From Antedon mediterranea (lineage: Eukaryota; Animalia; Echinodermata), in the NCBI RefSeq assembly GCF_964355755.1, contig NC_092678.1, forward strand, positions 11,778,352-11,842,351: a stretch of 64,000 nucleotides of DNA, in the 5' to 3' direction. The notes under the pieces were generated by a model. It did no database searches. It had not been told where the DNA came from and worked only from the letters and a program-made list of their open reading frames with translations. Every line of letters begins with the position of its first letter. The stretch's first letter is position 1. The position numbers were made by a program, and so were the translations under genes. This document shows, piece after piece, positions 14,201 to 26,502 of this stretch.

Positions 14201-14625
14201 TACAAGAAGGAATACATCAAAACTGCTATAAAGAAAGAAAAAGATATTCCTCGATGTCAAACACTGACGTAGGCTACAAACTACGTCAGCCAAGTTCGAC
14301 CAGAGTGCCATTGGTCACAACCTATCACCCTAGGTTGCCTCCATTACGGGCTATTAATTTATTGAGAAACATATGCCCATTCTACAGTCCACAGAACGTC
14401 TCAGGACTGTTTTTCCGGAATCACCCATTATTGCATTTCGTAGACCTCCCAACCTTTGTGATATATTAGTCAGATCCAAATTAACTCTCATGACAGCCAA
14501 AATTTGGGCAGTCACCTTTGAGGCAAAACTTGTTCATTGGTTGATTCTAATGAAAAATTTAAGAGTAACCAAACTGGCCGCATTTTTCGGATAAGACAAT
14601 CAATTAAATGTTTAAATAAAAACGT
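11250..14625 (+). pseudogene. Decayed Penelope-like element reverse transcriptase, cut at the start of the GIY-YIG region
   Basis: Ordered PLE motifs across frames: LSRGPKFCP, IKPADKGSAIV, FYFLPKIHKAGNPGRPIISG, LDVSSLYTNIPHEEG, GTAMGTKMA, YIDDIFMIW, VDFLDT, RKPTDKNMYL..SCHP, then FRIRQSIKCLNKNV; many frameshifts and stops. Confidence 0.92.
12304..13384. mobile_element. MITE with CAG..CTG ends and 5-bp TSD (hAT5-like), inserted in the PLE RT
   Basis: TIR CAGGGCCGTAGCCAGG / CCTGGCTACGGGCCTG; TACTT duplicated at 12299-12303 and 13385-13389; removal restores DDLL-RPYV. Confidence 0.9.
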
Positions 14626-16606
14626 TTTAAGTGAAACTCTTTTCCCTTTAGAATGGTAATGGTCATTTTATCGTCATTGATGTGATATATTTTCAATTGT
14701 TTTGTGTTAGTTCGATTAAAGTTAAACTTTATTCAATTAAACATGTTGTTTTAGGTGTTTTTTTTTTTGCTGCTGGTGGTATCTACAATATCTAAGCTAC
14801 GCCATCCTTGGGGTAAATGGGGTCTCTAGTCAAACTTTAAAGGGGTCTGCCAGGGCCAAGGCAGTGTACAGATAGTCTTTAATAGGTCATTTGGTATTGC
14901 TTACAATGTGCTAAGTTATATACATTGGTTGCTGGTGGTATCTACAATATCTAAGCTGGGATAGTTGGGAAAAGGGGGTCTCTAGTTTAACTTTAGATGG
15001 GTCTGCCAGGGCCAAGGCAGTGTACAGATAGTCTGTAATAGGTCATTTCGTATTGCTTACAATGTGCTAAATCATATAACATTGGTTGCTGGTGGTATCT
15101 ACAATATCTAAGCTGGGCTAGTTGGGGGAGGTGGGGGGGGGGGGGGTCTCTAGTCTAACTTTAGGGTATCTGGCACTTGCGATGCAGAAGATAATTAGTC
15201 TGTTGTTATCCATTTAGTATTGTATGAACACAACTTGTTCATTTGGCATTAATTTTGAGTGGTGCCTCACTCATCTATGTTAACCCCATTTTAGGGTCTG
15301 GCGGGCCTTTTGCAGCAGAGAAAAAGTCTGTCGTTTGTGATACTGGTATAAGGATGCCATTGACTCCCATTTTCATTGACTTAAAGTGACCCCAAACACA
15401 CTTAAATATATTGGTACCTAGCTCATCTAACCAAATGTCTCTGGGCTACCGGTCTATACTTCATTACTCCAGTATCTTCGTTCCTCCTCCTTCCCATCCA
15501 AACACAAAACAATCTAAAAACAAACATCCCATACTGGGTGATGTGTTTAAGACTGTTTCCACACCCTATCTCCCAACCCCACTCTCCCACCAACCCCTGG
15601 ACTTTTTGAAATGTAGTTTAAAACGTTCCTGGTACAATTTCGATCATTTTGATACTCCATAAAATGTATGGTTACATGCAGAAACAAAAAATTGTATAAC
15701 GAACAAACATCGAAAGTGGGGAAAGGTGGTTCATTAACTTGTATCCTAGATGGCGGATGATGTTCAAATATAGTTTAGGGTATCATTTAACAAAATTTCC
15801 ACGGTGGGCCCTCTGAGGACTCTTAAGCAACACCCTTTAAAAAGTCCTGCGATGGAGAAGACTTCCAAAATGTCTTAAAAAACGTTTTGTTATCGTTTAA
15901 AAACGAAAACGAGATGGAAGTATGGCCAACACAAGCTTGGAACACTAAGGAAAGTCGACTTTACCAAACGTTTTCGTTTAGTGAAATTGAACTAGATAAG
16001 ACAGATATGTCAGAAACATCATCCCATCTAGCTAAGAATTAAGTAAATATATTTCTCATGCATTGTTCTAAACAAAGTTAATATTTAAAGGATATAAGAG
16101 GTTTTCGGACCCGTTCCGTAGAAGTGGAGTTTTTAAAGATTAAAACATTGAAAACGTCAAAACATATTTCAAGGTAAATTTTGCTTGCGCTTTTCTTTGT
16201 TTAAAACGATGCACGATAGTTGAGTCGAACTGCTTCATAACCCCAAACAAATTGTAAGAAAAAGTTTTTTTGTATTACAATAAAATATTAATGATCTCAA
16301 AAAACATATAGGCCTATCAAAAGTTTACTCAAATCGGACTACCGCAAAGGTTCAAAATTTGACGTTAAAAAAGATAACCGCCAATTTTTAAAAATCGGTA
16401 ACTACTCGTAGTAGACAGCTGATGTCAAAGTTTTCAAAATATATACGTTTATATTTACACTTTTTGAACATTTTGTTAAAACATGACCATTCCATTTTGT
16501 GACCTTTGACATATAGGGCCTATGGCATGACGTTTATATATCTACGTAACTGCAAATCAGAGACTTGATATTGTTGTCAAAGTGTTCAGAACATACATAT
16601 TTATAT

Positions 16607-19001
16607 TTACTGTTTTTGACTAACGCAGTCAAAAGCTTTTTGGATGTCAATAAGTAAGATACCAGTAAATTTCCCTTTCGCTGTTTGAGTTTTAATGAAG
16701 TCTGTCAAGTGAATTAAACAGTGATCTGTTGAAAAGGACTGTCTGAAACCAGACTGAAAACGATATAAAAGCTTGTTCCTTTCCAAAAACTCATTTAATT
16801 GTGAGTGAACAATCTTTTCTACAATTTTTGACACCACAGACAGTATACTGACAGGCCTATAGTTAGCAGTTTCAAGATTACTTTTTTTTCTTGTAAATTG
16901 GTCGAACACGAGCCAATTTCATCTCATTTGGAAAACATTCCGTTTCAAATGAGAAATTGATAATCCGTGTTATGGGAGTTGCAATAATTTCGGACGCATC
17001 CCTTAAAAAACGTGCGGGTATGCCATCTAGACCTGTACTTTTATTTATACTGAGACCCAAGATCTCCTTTTTAACTATATCGTTGTTTACAGGTTGCAAG
17101 GAAAATTTGTCAGTACCGTCATAGTATTTTTTAAAATTCTCAGAATTTACATCAAATTCGTATGACCTTTGCGGGAGCTTTCTTACCAGATCTGATGCTA
17201 CGTTTGTAAAAAACGAGTTAAAGTGACTGGCAATAATGTTTGGCTTACTACATAGTTTGTCATTTATTTTAAGAGTAATCGAAGCAGTTTCATTTTGTTT
17301 ATTTTGATACCCAAGATCTTTTATAACCTTCCATAACTTTTTAGGGTTATGTCGATTTGTATTGATCTTGTCAATAAAATGAGTCTGCTTTGCTTCTTTT
17401 ATATTTCTTTGTACCTGATTTCTAAGTTTACAGTATTCAGTACGATATAATAAATTACGAGTTCTTTTGAATTTTTTAAGATAAATATCCCTGGCCTTAA
17501 TAATTTTGAGTATGTCAGGTGTCATCCACGGCTGAGAAGAGTGTCTAATTCTGACTTCTTTTACAAGAGCAACTTTATCCAAAACATTTGTGAAATTTAC
17601 ACAAAAGGCTTGCCACGAACAATCAACGGTTTCTGCCTTGAGAACATTGTCCCAATCAGTCTCTTGAAGAAGACGTATAAACTTTTCTCTATTGTAGTTT
17701 TTAGTTGATCTAATCTTCACCTTTTTATGCGTGTGGTGTTTTTGTTGCTGTGTGTGACGAGTGGCATATATAGGAAAGTGATCACTGAAGCCTATAGATA
17801 GCACTCCGAATTTGTTTAGTTTGTCCGAAGAGTTGGTGATAATATGATCAAGACAAGATTCGCAGGAATCACAGATGCGTGTGGGTTCGCTCATAATTTG
17901 AGACATTCCACTGATGTGCAGAGTCTGTTGGAATTTGATATAGTTGCTATCCTTTTTCAAGCTACACATGTTTGTATCTCCGAAAATGTAGATCTCTGAG
18001 TTTCTCGGTAGTTGTTCCATAATGTCATCCATTCCATCAATAAATTCACCATGACGTTGTTTTGGTGGCCGATAACAGACTCCAACGATAATAGGCCTTG
18101 TTCTTGGGAGATGTACTTCAAACCATAGTGCCTGAATGTTGGCATTGTCACAGTCAGACCGCATAGTAACAGCCAGGGTAGACTTGAAGTACAGACATAT
18201 TCCACCACCTGCTCTGGCACGGTCTTGACGATATAGTTGGAAGTCTGGGATGTGTATTTCATTATCGGTAATGGAACTGTCAAGGTGCGTTTCAGTGACA
18301 GCAATGACTGCCACTTTGGTTCCACCAACAAGTGTTCTAAGTTCAGATATTTTGGGTAGTAGAGACCGCGCATTAACATGAAGAAAATGCATGCCTTTTC
18401 CTTTCAGTACCTCTGCAGGATCAATGATAGAGTCCGAATTACTGCTGGAATCGTTGTTGATTCCACATACTAGTGGATCCAAGTTGAGCAATGCATCGTT
18501 TTCATTTGTATCCGAAGAGATACTAAAGAATAAATCATTCAGTTTTGGGAGTGCACAAAGATGGCAGCACCAGTCAGAAGACCTATTTTTTAAGAATGTT
18601 CTAAACCTATGAGGATTAATGTAGACACAACTAGCATGGAAATTCCTAGAACAATTAAAGCATTTAAGTTGTTGTCGGTTTTTTGCAATCTTTCTTTCAC
18701 AAACATGACAATGAATCGGAGGTGTATTTCGATTTGTATTGTTATTATGATTCATGTTTGATTCTGGTCCAGGATTAGAGTGGACATCCCCACATTCGGT
18801 CAAGTCAATATTATAAGTGGAGATTGAATTGTGATCATATTGTACTCTACTTTTTGAGAACTTGCACTTTTTGTAAGGATGTCCCAAGAGTTTGATGTTA
18901 CTATGGAGTTGTAAATACCTGGGAATATCAGACACAGTATGTTCAGTAACGTGAAAGAGTGCAAACAACCAGAACAACAAGGGGATGGTAATTCTACGCA
19001 T
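16607..19001 (-). mobile_element. CR1/L2-group LINE ORF: leader + 2A-like motif + PHD finger + APE endonuclease + start of RT; 3'-truncated
   Basis: 707-aa ORF with GDVHSNPGP, PHD-like CHVC..CFNC..FHASC..WCCHLC, APE motifs (HVNARSL, VTETHL, CYRPP, GDTN, LDHI, SDHFPI) and KSTGLDGIPARFL; continues after one extra A in an A run near 16885 into NYRPVSILSVVSKIVEK..QSGFR..DIQKAFDCV. Confidence 0.93.
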
Positions 19002-19419
19002 AGTGCAAAAAAAAACAAAAAACTTACAGGCCTAAGTATATCTTACTATGTAATAATTACAGCCTAATTTGCCTAATACTAAATTACCAAAAAAAGAAGA
19101 ATAAGACAATAAAAAACTGCAAATAAAACAAAAATAAGTAAAAAACAGAAGAAGTAACACTAGCTAGCCTAACAGCTTAGGCAGATACTAGTGAAATTGG
19201 TATGGTCTAGACTCACTAAAGGCCTATGACCTCTCCAATGTTACAACCACTGTGAGACACGAAAGTGGCCTAGAAAAAAAGGTAAAACAAAAACACCTTA
19301 ATTTTACTAACATTTAGGGCTATCACACTAATTACTAGAACAAACCTTACTAAGGATAAATCTGATAAGTATGGAGATAGAAAGTACTCAAAAACTAAGA
19401 AATTTTCAGATAGTATAGA

Positions 19420-20025
19420 CCTACTATAGAAGATTGACTGTGAAGCCAACTTGCACGAGTCCATGTATATGAGACTCTTGTGGTCAACATAGTCAAAAGC
19501 TTTTTTAAAATTAGTTACCACTACAGTACTTTCACTTGTTTCTTATATCTATAGAGAACATCCATAAGCTTAACAAGATAAGATTAGTAGATATCCCTTT
19601 ACGATTACCATACTGGTTGTGGTCAAGGTTAGGATTCATGTAATTTAACAACAATTTAGACATGAAACTTTCTGCAATTTTTGCAAAGTAGTCAGTGAGG
19701 GAAATTGGTCTAAGTTTATCCCAAGTCGCATGATTAGTTTTAGGAATAGGGATAACCATGGTCCTTTTCCATTGGGAGGGGACAACACCATTACCAAGGA
19801 CTGATTTATGATTGCAGTCAAAGGTTGGCTAATTTCATATGCAAATTCCTTAATTAATTTGGTAGGCAAACCATCAGGGCCAGATGCTTTCTTGGTCTTA
19901 ATATTTTTAAGTGCATTATAAACTTTATAATTTTGGACAACTGGGTCTGGGTTAGGATCCGGACAAAAGGCCGGGAGTTCCTCCCTTACAAGGGGTCGGA
20001 CTTCATCGGTAATATTAACAAAATT
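19420..20025 (-). pseudogene. Second, decayed non-LTR RT fragment
   Basis: GPDGLPTKLIKEFAYEISQPLTAIIN, VIPIPK, RPISLTDYFAKIAESF, NQYGNRKG and FKKAFDYVDH, spread over several frames. Confidence 0.85.
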
Positions 20026-20026
20026 A

Positions 20027-21083
20027 TTATTGAGAAAGTAGCAACATCCTTAGAATTACTAATAAATATATATATTGTACTGTACATGCCATCCAGAAGT
20101 CTGTAAGCTTCGCTCTGTAGCTGGTTCTATCGTGATGTATAAGTATGTTTCTCGCAGCTACGTCGTTGTGTAGAATAATTCCGCGTTTGTGTATTTCGTT
20201 GAGCGCAATGACAAAAACCTCTGATGTCTTTATAGAGATACATTCAAACGCGCTCAGGGACGGCTGTCCGGTTAGCAATACATCCAGGAATGTGATACTG
20301 GAAAGTGTAAAGGTATTTCCGATAAACTCCTGTACCATACAGCATAGTACGTCACCGTGGCGGAAGACGCCAAAGACGCGAGGAATAGAAGGAAGATCGT
20401 CTAAAAACGTCATGACTCGCGCTTCTACCGTCATCTTGCCCCATGCTTCATCAGGATTGCTGTAACTGTTAAAAAAAGCCGTCTTGACTGAGGTGATAGT
20501 GGCCTGGATAAAAAATATTGAATGTCATCAGGTCAACGCGACCAAAACTTCCCTGTCCAAGACGTACAGGATAACAAAGGTGGGAAACACTTAACTAACT
20601 AATAACCGAGCAGGCGGCAGAATTTCAGCAAGTTTTGTTGTAGCATCATCGTTAAGGACGGATTTGGGTGGTGAAGTGGTGGTATTAATTTTTGAAGAAT
20701 GGGAAGAACCATTGCAGCTACTGGCAGGTGACAATGGCCATTCTGATGACAACGATGATGGCACACTACAAAGACGTTTCCTTTCTGGTATCTCACCACC
20801 GGGTGATAACTCTGATGTTGGTTGTCTGATGCGCTGGATAGGAGCGATAGACGATGAAGATGATGACGACAACGAGTTATAAACACGTTTCCTTGGGAAT
20901 CACTTCTCCGGGTGATAGACCTGGTGGCGTGGTAAGTATCTGTCCAGGAGAAAGCACGACTTTTGAAGATGACGATGTGGATGACATTGGCCAGAGAGAC
21001 GAATGTGATCTTGGTAACTTTGATAGAGACTTTGATGATGGCTGTTGTACTGATACGTGTACCCCTGACAGCGATGCCGACAC
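20027..21083 (-). pseudogene. Intronless protein kinase pseudogene with Ser/Pro-rich N-terminal region
   Basis: RLGQGSFGRV (Gly loop, ~20535-20565), SVK, helix-C Glu, HNDVAARNILI catalytic loop, KLTDFW (DFG altered); frameshifts; C-lobe truncated at the RT fragment. Confidence 0.8.
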
Positions 21084-23982
21084 TGCGCCCGCTGATAGAG
21101 ATGGTGATGATGATAACGATGGCGACGATGACGAACTTAAGTTGCTATCCGATGATTCGTCACAACATATTTTATATAAAGTAAATAATCAATGGTCGGA
21201 GGAAATCGTCACTATGTATGTGAAATTAAAGTCGAGGCCTAATCTCGAAAAGTTCTTAAGCCTATACTTGATAAAACAAATTTCAATGGTGCTGCCAGTC
21301 TTGTTTTTTTATGATATTGCCAATTCTGATCTTTGGTGTATCCCGTTGCATTGGCTCCGTGTCTGGTCTTTCGTGGACCGTCCCGTGCTTTGTTTTCTTT
21401 TTTTGCATATTATGGTACAGCATATTTAATAAAGACATAATAAATGTTAGTTTGAATAATTGTAACAAATGTAAAAAAGTATTGTTCACCAAAACATGAA
21501 CAATGAATAGGCTATTTTACAGTCGAATAAACAACCAAAAGTCTTAAAATTCAAAGCAATTCGTAAAATATTTTGTTTGCGAAATATGCTTAAACATTTG
21601 TAGAGCCGCATATCGTAACAAACCCAAAATAAAAACATCCTTAATCAACGCAATTTGTATTATTTTTGTTGGTTTACCCAAATCGGATGAAATAATGAAG
21701 TTTTCACCAGTCGAGTTCAAATTACCTCTTCCATTCTTCGACCATAACAACATAAAGTTCTCACTCTATGCCAATATTATTTTCAAAGAATTATACGGTA
21801 GTAGAATTTGTCTAATTTTAAAATGTTTAGAATATAGGCCTAGTTTGACAACATTTTGCAGAAAATCGTAGTATGCTTTAGGCCTATCATTTCAAAGTGT
21901 TGCCGGAAAGAAAAAAACAAGAATTTTCTAGATGCAAAACGCTGTGTCAGTGGTATCTCCTCAATTCAATTTTGCAGCATTTACCAAGCCCGCATTAATA
22001 AGACAAAAAATATCGTGATAAAAAAAGGTGCGCTGATTTTAAAAGATTTTGTGTTGATTTTTACGTTTGTGTTAATTTTACGATTTGCAGCTACACGTTT
22101 GAAGCATATTTGATAATGTTTACGTTGCAGTTCAGCTACGGATCATACAACTCGCTTGTGATTGGTCAACTCGCTTGCGAATTACGCCGATGTAAGAGCA
22201 ATACGTAGTGAATTGACCAATAAAACGATGGATTATTCGATTTAAACAACTTTTTGCTTGAAGGGCCAGGTAAACCATGCGCGCTTCTGGCTACTTAGAC
22301 GGATGGATATTTTTTATCGATGTTCAGACGGTTTGCGCTCTTCACTCCATTTCCACGCACAATCCAGAATCCCTCCCACAAGAAACAGAACAACGGACAG
22401 CTTACAAACGGATCTGATAATGTGTCTACTGTCACCTTTCATGTAGGCCTACTTATATTGATATTAGAGCAAAAGAAGAGAGATAAAAAGATTGACTTTG
22501 TATTGTGCAATGATTATAATAGCAATAGATTGTTCCAGTTGAATAAACAAGGTACTGGCTTTATTAGTCATTACTGAGTAGTCAGTTACCAGTGATATTG
22601 TGGTAGGGTTGTAAACCACCAACGTCTCCATGATTGTATAGTTACTTGTGCCACACACCAAACAGAACGCGAGTACACACAACACGATTGATGTCTTGTT
22701 CATAGTCAGTTCTGACTAGAAAGTTAGGACCATACAATGAATGCCTGATCTTTTGGTAAGCTTATTGCTTGTGTTTTTAAAGTACGTCTGAGTCTGACTT
22801 TGAAGGTAAAGTCAATTGCGCTGTATTGTGCTGTAGGCCTACTGTTTTCAATGGGTGTACGTACTTTATGTCATGACGCTCTCTGCCAAAGTGTCATGCT
22901 TTCAATGGTTTCAACTACTAGAATGACAAGTCTATCCATTCCATTCAATATACAAACTTTTAAACATTCTTATTAATGTATCCTGTCATGATTGTTTTTT
23001 TTTCATTTAATAATTTATTCATTAATAATGTGCAAATTCGATATATTGAGTTTAATGTAACAAATAAATTATAATTTTATAAAAATGCTTATCAGGTATA
23101 AATAAATAATGTTGAAATGCAAATTTTATTATTTTGAAATTCTAAATATAAAAAAAATCAAAAATGTATATGCCTCTATAGGGGTTTATGTGAATGGCAT
23201 ATCATTTCATTTAATTGGAGAATTATGGATCACATGACAACACATTCAATGAAAACTCCATCAACGCCATGAGACATCAAGAGTGCATCTTGATAAACTC
23301 CATCAACGCCATGAGACAATATTTTAATTTGGTGAAAGATTCAATATTCCGACCTCATGAAAATATTTGTACCATTGCATTTGTGTAATAGCAATATTTG
23401 TTATTAGGATTTGCACTGTGAAATATAATAAATGTTTATTCTGATTTCCAGCTTCTTTGTCCATATAGATGATCAACCCATATTGTTTACACAAGAACTT
23501 AAGTAATTGATTGGTTAATGTATAGTACATGATTTTTAGGATATAATGAGTCTCTACAAACTCAAGCTGACAGTTGACTAATAATGCACTTTGTGCAAAA
23601 AAAAACTAATTAGTTTATTCCATCATACAAAATACAGTACTACTATAGTGCGGCCTTTGGTTTTACATTTATGAAGGTATAAAAAGCTTATACTACAGAT
23701 CATAATGAAAGACAATAAGTAGATGAATTGATATTTTCCTACAGAAAATAAAAGAAATCCAGATAATCATTTATTATTAGTCTTTAATGAAAATAACAGA
23801 GATGGATCCAGAAACACTAACATAATAGTTTAATAGTTATTTTAACTGTCAAAGGTCGAGTGTGCAACCCTGCTAGATCTGCCCTGAATAGTATTATCAC
23901 ATATAAATCATCATCTAGAAAAATAATAAATTGCATACGATACAATGATCATGTTATTGTTCTTCTGACCATCATACATTCC

Positions 23983-25045
23983 AATAATTATCGATCTATA
24001 GTTTCCCCTATGTTTCATAATTTTTAGGATTTTATTTTTGTTACCAGGAGCGGATGCAGAGGTGTTGCCCAAGTTGCCCGGGAAACACCCTTCATTTCAT
24101 ACTAAATGTTTCTTCTGCCACTAAATTAAAATTTAGATCCCATTTCTTCATAATAATAACCATTAACGTTAGAAGCCCAGGGTTGAAAGAGCCTATATGT
24201 AAATTGACAAACAGCAGCGTGTGTGTTATAAGAAGGTACGAAAGGCCACTATACACACTGTTCGTGGAAAACCTTGTCATATTGGTTGTGATTTGTCCAT
24301 AATTATTGCATTTTTCCAGGAATTCTGCATCGTTTAAGTATGGTATCTCCGTAGTAGGCCTACCCTATTTATCTTCATTTTATGTCCGTAATATTATACC
24401 GAATTTCACAGTGTTTAATTGCTTTTTTATGCAAATTTCGACCTGTAGTGCTGTTTAAGCAACACTGTTGAACAGTTTAATAAAAATTTATTATAATTAC
24501 CAGAATTTATTAGTGTACCGAAAGTACCTTGGTCAGGATTTTGAGAAAAGTTACGCGTGTTTTACCGGCGGAAAAAATAGGCTGGATACGATGGTATTGC
24601 TGTTTGGTAGCCCAATATACAGTGTCATTTCCAGCAAACTAGAGGTGCCATTTATCATGAATTTTACGTGCAAGAGTACCATGTCCGGCCATCTGGGGGT
24701 GTCATTTAACAAAATTTGCTTCGCCAAGGCCCCACCATGGGGGTTTGTGGCGAAAAAACTTGGTATCGGCGGCCCTGGACTTGTGGGCAACCCCCTAAAA
24801 GTAGTTCTGCCACCGCCCCTGGTTAGATGACTTGAAAAAAGCACTTTCTTATCAGTAGGGAGATAGTTCAAAATTACACAGTGAAATCACTATTCTTTTG
24901 TACACAAATGTTGCAAATTGCTAGGCATTAAAAAAAAAACTATGAAACTAAACAATGTGGTAAAAAATGTTATCAGATGAAAAATAGGTATATATAACTT
25001 GAATTTTATGTTTTAGGTGTTTTTATTCAACTTCAAATGTTTTTA
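23983..25045 (-). mobile_element. Inverted partial copy of the TTAA MITE family, split by a nested element
   Basis: Reverse complement of parts of 25284-25878 on both sides of 24045-24821. Confidence 0.7.
24045..24821. mobile_element. hAT-like MITE (CAGG..CCTG)
   Basis: CAGGAGCGG / CCGCCCCTG ends; imperfect TSD GTTAC/GTTAG; internal segment shared with 12304-13384 and 29297-30860. Confidence 0.7.
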
Positions 25046-25283
25046 AAGGAATATAGCCCCCTTGCCTATGATTTATACAGAATACCAAATTATAACTAGA
25101 ACAGCACTCCGAGAGTGCACACTTCCGCCTACTGTAAAATTAAAATTCTCCTATATCGAAAAAAATTTTATTTTTGTGTCTTAATGCTATCTGTGATTTG
25201 GCTAATTGTTGACTAACAATAGAATAACGGCAACAAAAATTGGGTGAATTTGAAAAAAAATATAAAAAAACCTGTACATTTAA

Positions 25284-25878
25284 AGCTCAGGTACAGGCAT
25301 GAATTTTAAATTTAATATTTGGTTAATTGTACATAAATTAATATTTGTAACAGAAATTGAGACGAAAAAACATGAATTTCACTTAATATGGTCAAATACA
25401 AAATTTGGCAAAATTCTTCCATAAAAACCAGGAATATTTTTTTTCAGTAGTTAGGTAGTTAACCTAATGTAATAACATGTCTGGTGACTCCCTAGACGGT
25501 GAAAAAAGACGGTGGATATACGGTGGATAATTTTTGCTATAGCATGAAAATAAAAATCTGAAGTTGAATAAAAATATCAGAAATGTAATATTCAAGTTAT
25601 ATTACCTATATTTAGTCATCTGATAACATTTTTTACCACACCGTTTATTTTTCATAGCTTTTTAAAATGCCTCTCTATTTACAAAATGTGTGTACAAACG
25701 AATAGAGATTTTACTGTGTAATTTGAACTATCCCCCCACTGATAAGAAAATGTTTATTTTCAACAAACTTGTGTAACACAAATAAAATCCCAAAAATTAT
25801 GAAACATAGGGGAAACTATAGATCGATAATTATTGGAATGTATGATCAATAGAAATATTTTGCCCGCATCTGGCCTTT
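25284..25878 (+). mobile_element. TTAA-site MITE (Kolobok-like), family A copy 1
   Basis: TTAA-AGCTCAGGTACAGGCA..TGCCCGCATCTGGCCT ends; near-identical copies at 52692-53273 and 57743-58214. Confidence 0.85.
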
Positions 25879-25882
25879 TTAA

Positions 25883-26502
25883 AGACACCTTCCCTACAAT
25901 TTGTGACGTTTTGTAAAAATACATATATATCTTTAAAAACATTAAACCAGGTCATTCCTTGTCTTAAATGTACGTTTTATGGTAAATTATGATAAAAAGT
26001 GAGAAACAATGCACTACCTAAGTAGCTCGCGGCGACTGACCTCTCGTGGACGGTCTTTAGGCCTAGCCGAGCTAGGCTTAGTTTTGTAGGCCTAGCTGGT
26101 AAACATCGGTAACGTACGAACATCGTATGCTAGCTATATACCTAGCCTGACGTTGTATAGTTGCTGCATTAATTGTCTTTCTATTTTTGCCAGACTCCGT
26201 TAATACAAATTGGGGAAAACCCGGTATTTTCGCTGAAAAGTTAGGAGTCTTTCATTTGTTTTGGCCTCACGATCGATCGAAAAGTGGGTGAATTACAGAA
26301 GAAAAACAGAAATATCAATCCGCGCGCAATGCATTTTGGGATTTATAGCGGGCCGCTATAATTATTAGAATCAACTTATTTTTCACATTTTTAACCATTT
26401 AAAGATGAAAAAAGTTATCGCAATAGGACCAATAGTATTATTTTTACATTAAATATAGTTTGTGATCTTAAAATAGATCTAAAAAACGTAGGGAAGGTGT
26501 CT
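25883..26502. mobile_element. TTAA-site MITE (Kolobok-like), family B
   Basis: Perfect TIR AGACACCTTCCCTAC / GTAGGGAAGGTGTCT with TTAA on both sides. Confidence 0.88.

Larger units (their letters stand above)
9833..15456. mobile_element. Non-autonomous Academ-like DNA transposon with ~0.85-0.95 kb TIRs, carrying retroelement cargo
   Basis: Left arm 9833-~10778 and right arm ~14623-15456 are reverse complements, each with ~3 tandem ~155-bp subrepeats; termini TAGAC..GTCTA; TAC duplicated at 9830-9832 and 15457-15459. Confidence 0.8.

Noticed and set aside
20664-21429. Asp-rich + strand ORFs as genes
   Set aside because: Antisense shadows of the Ser-rich (TCA/TCG) - strand sequence upstream of the kinase.
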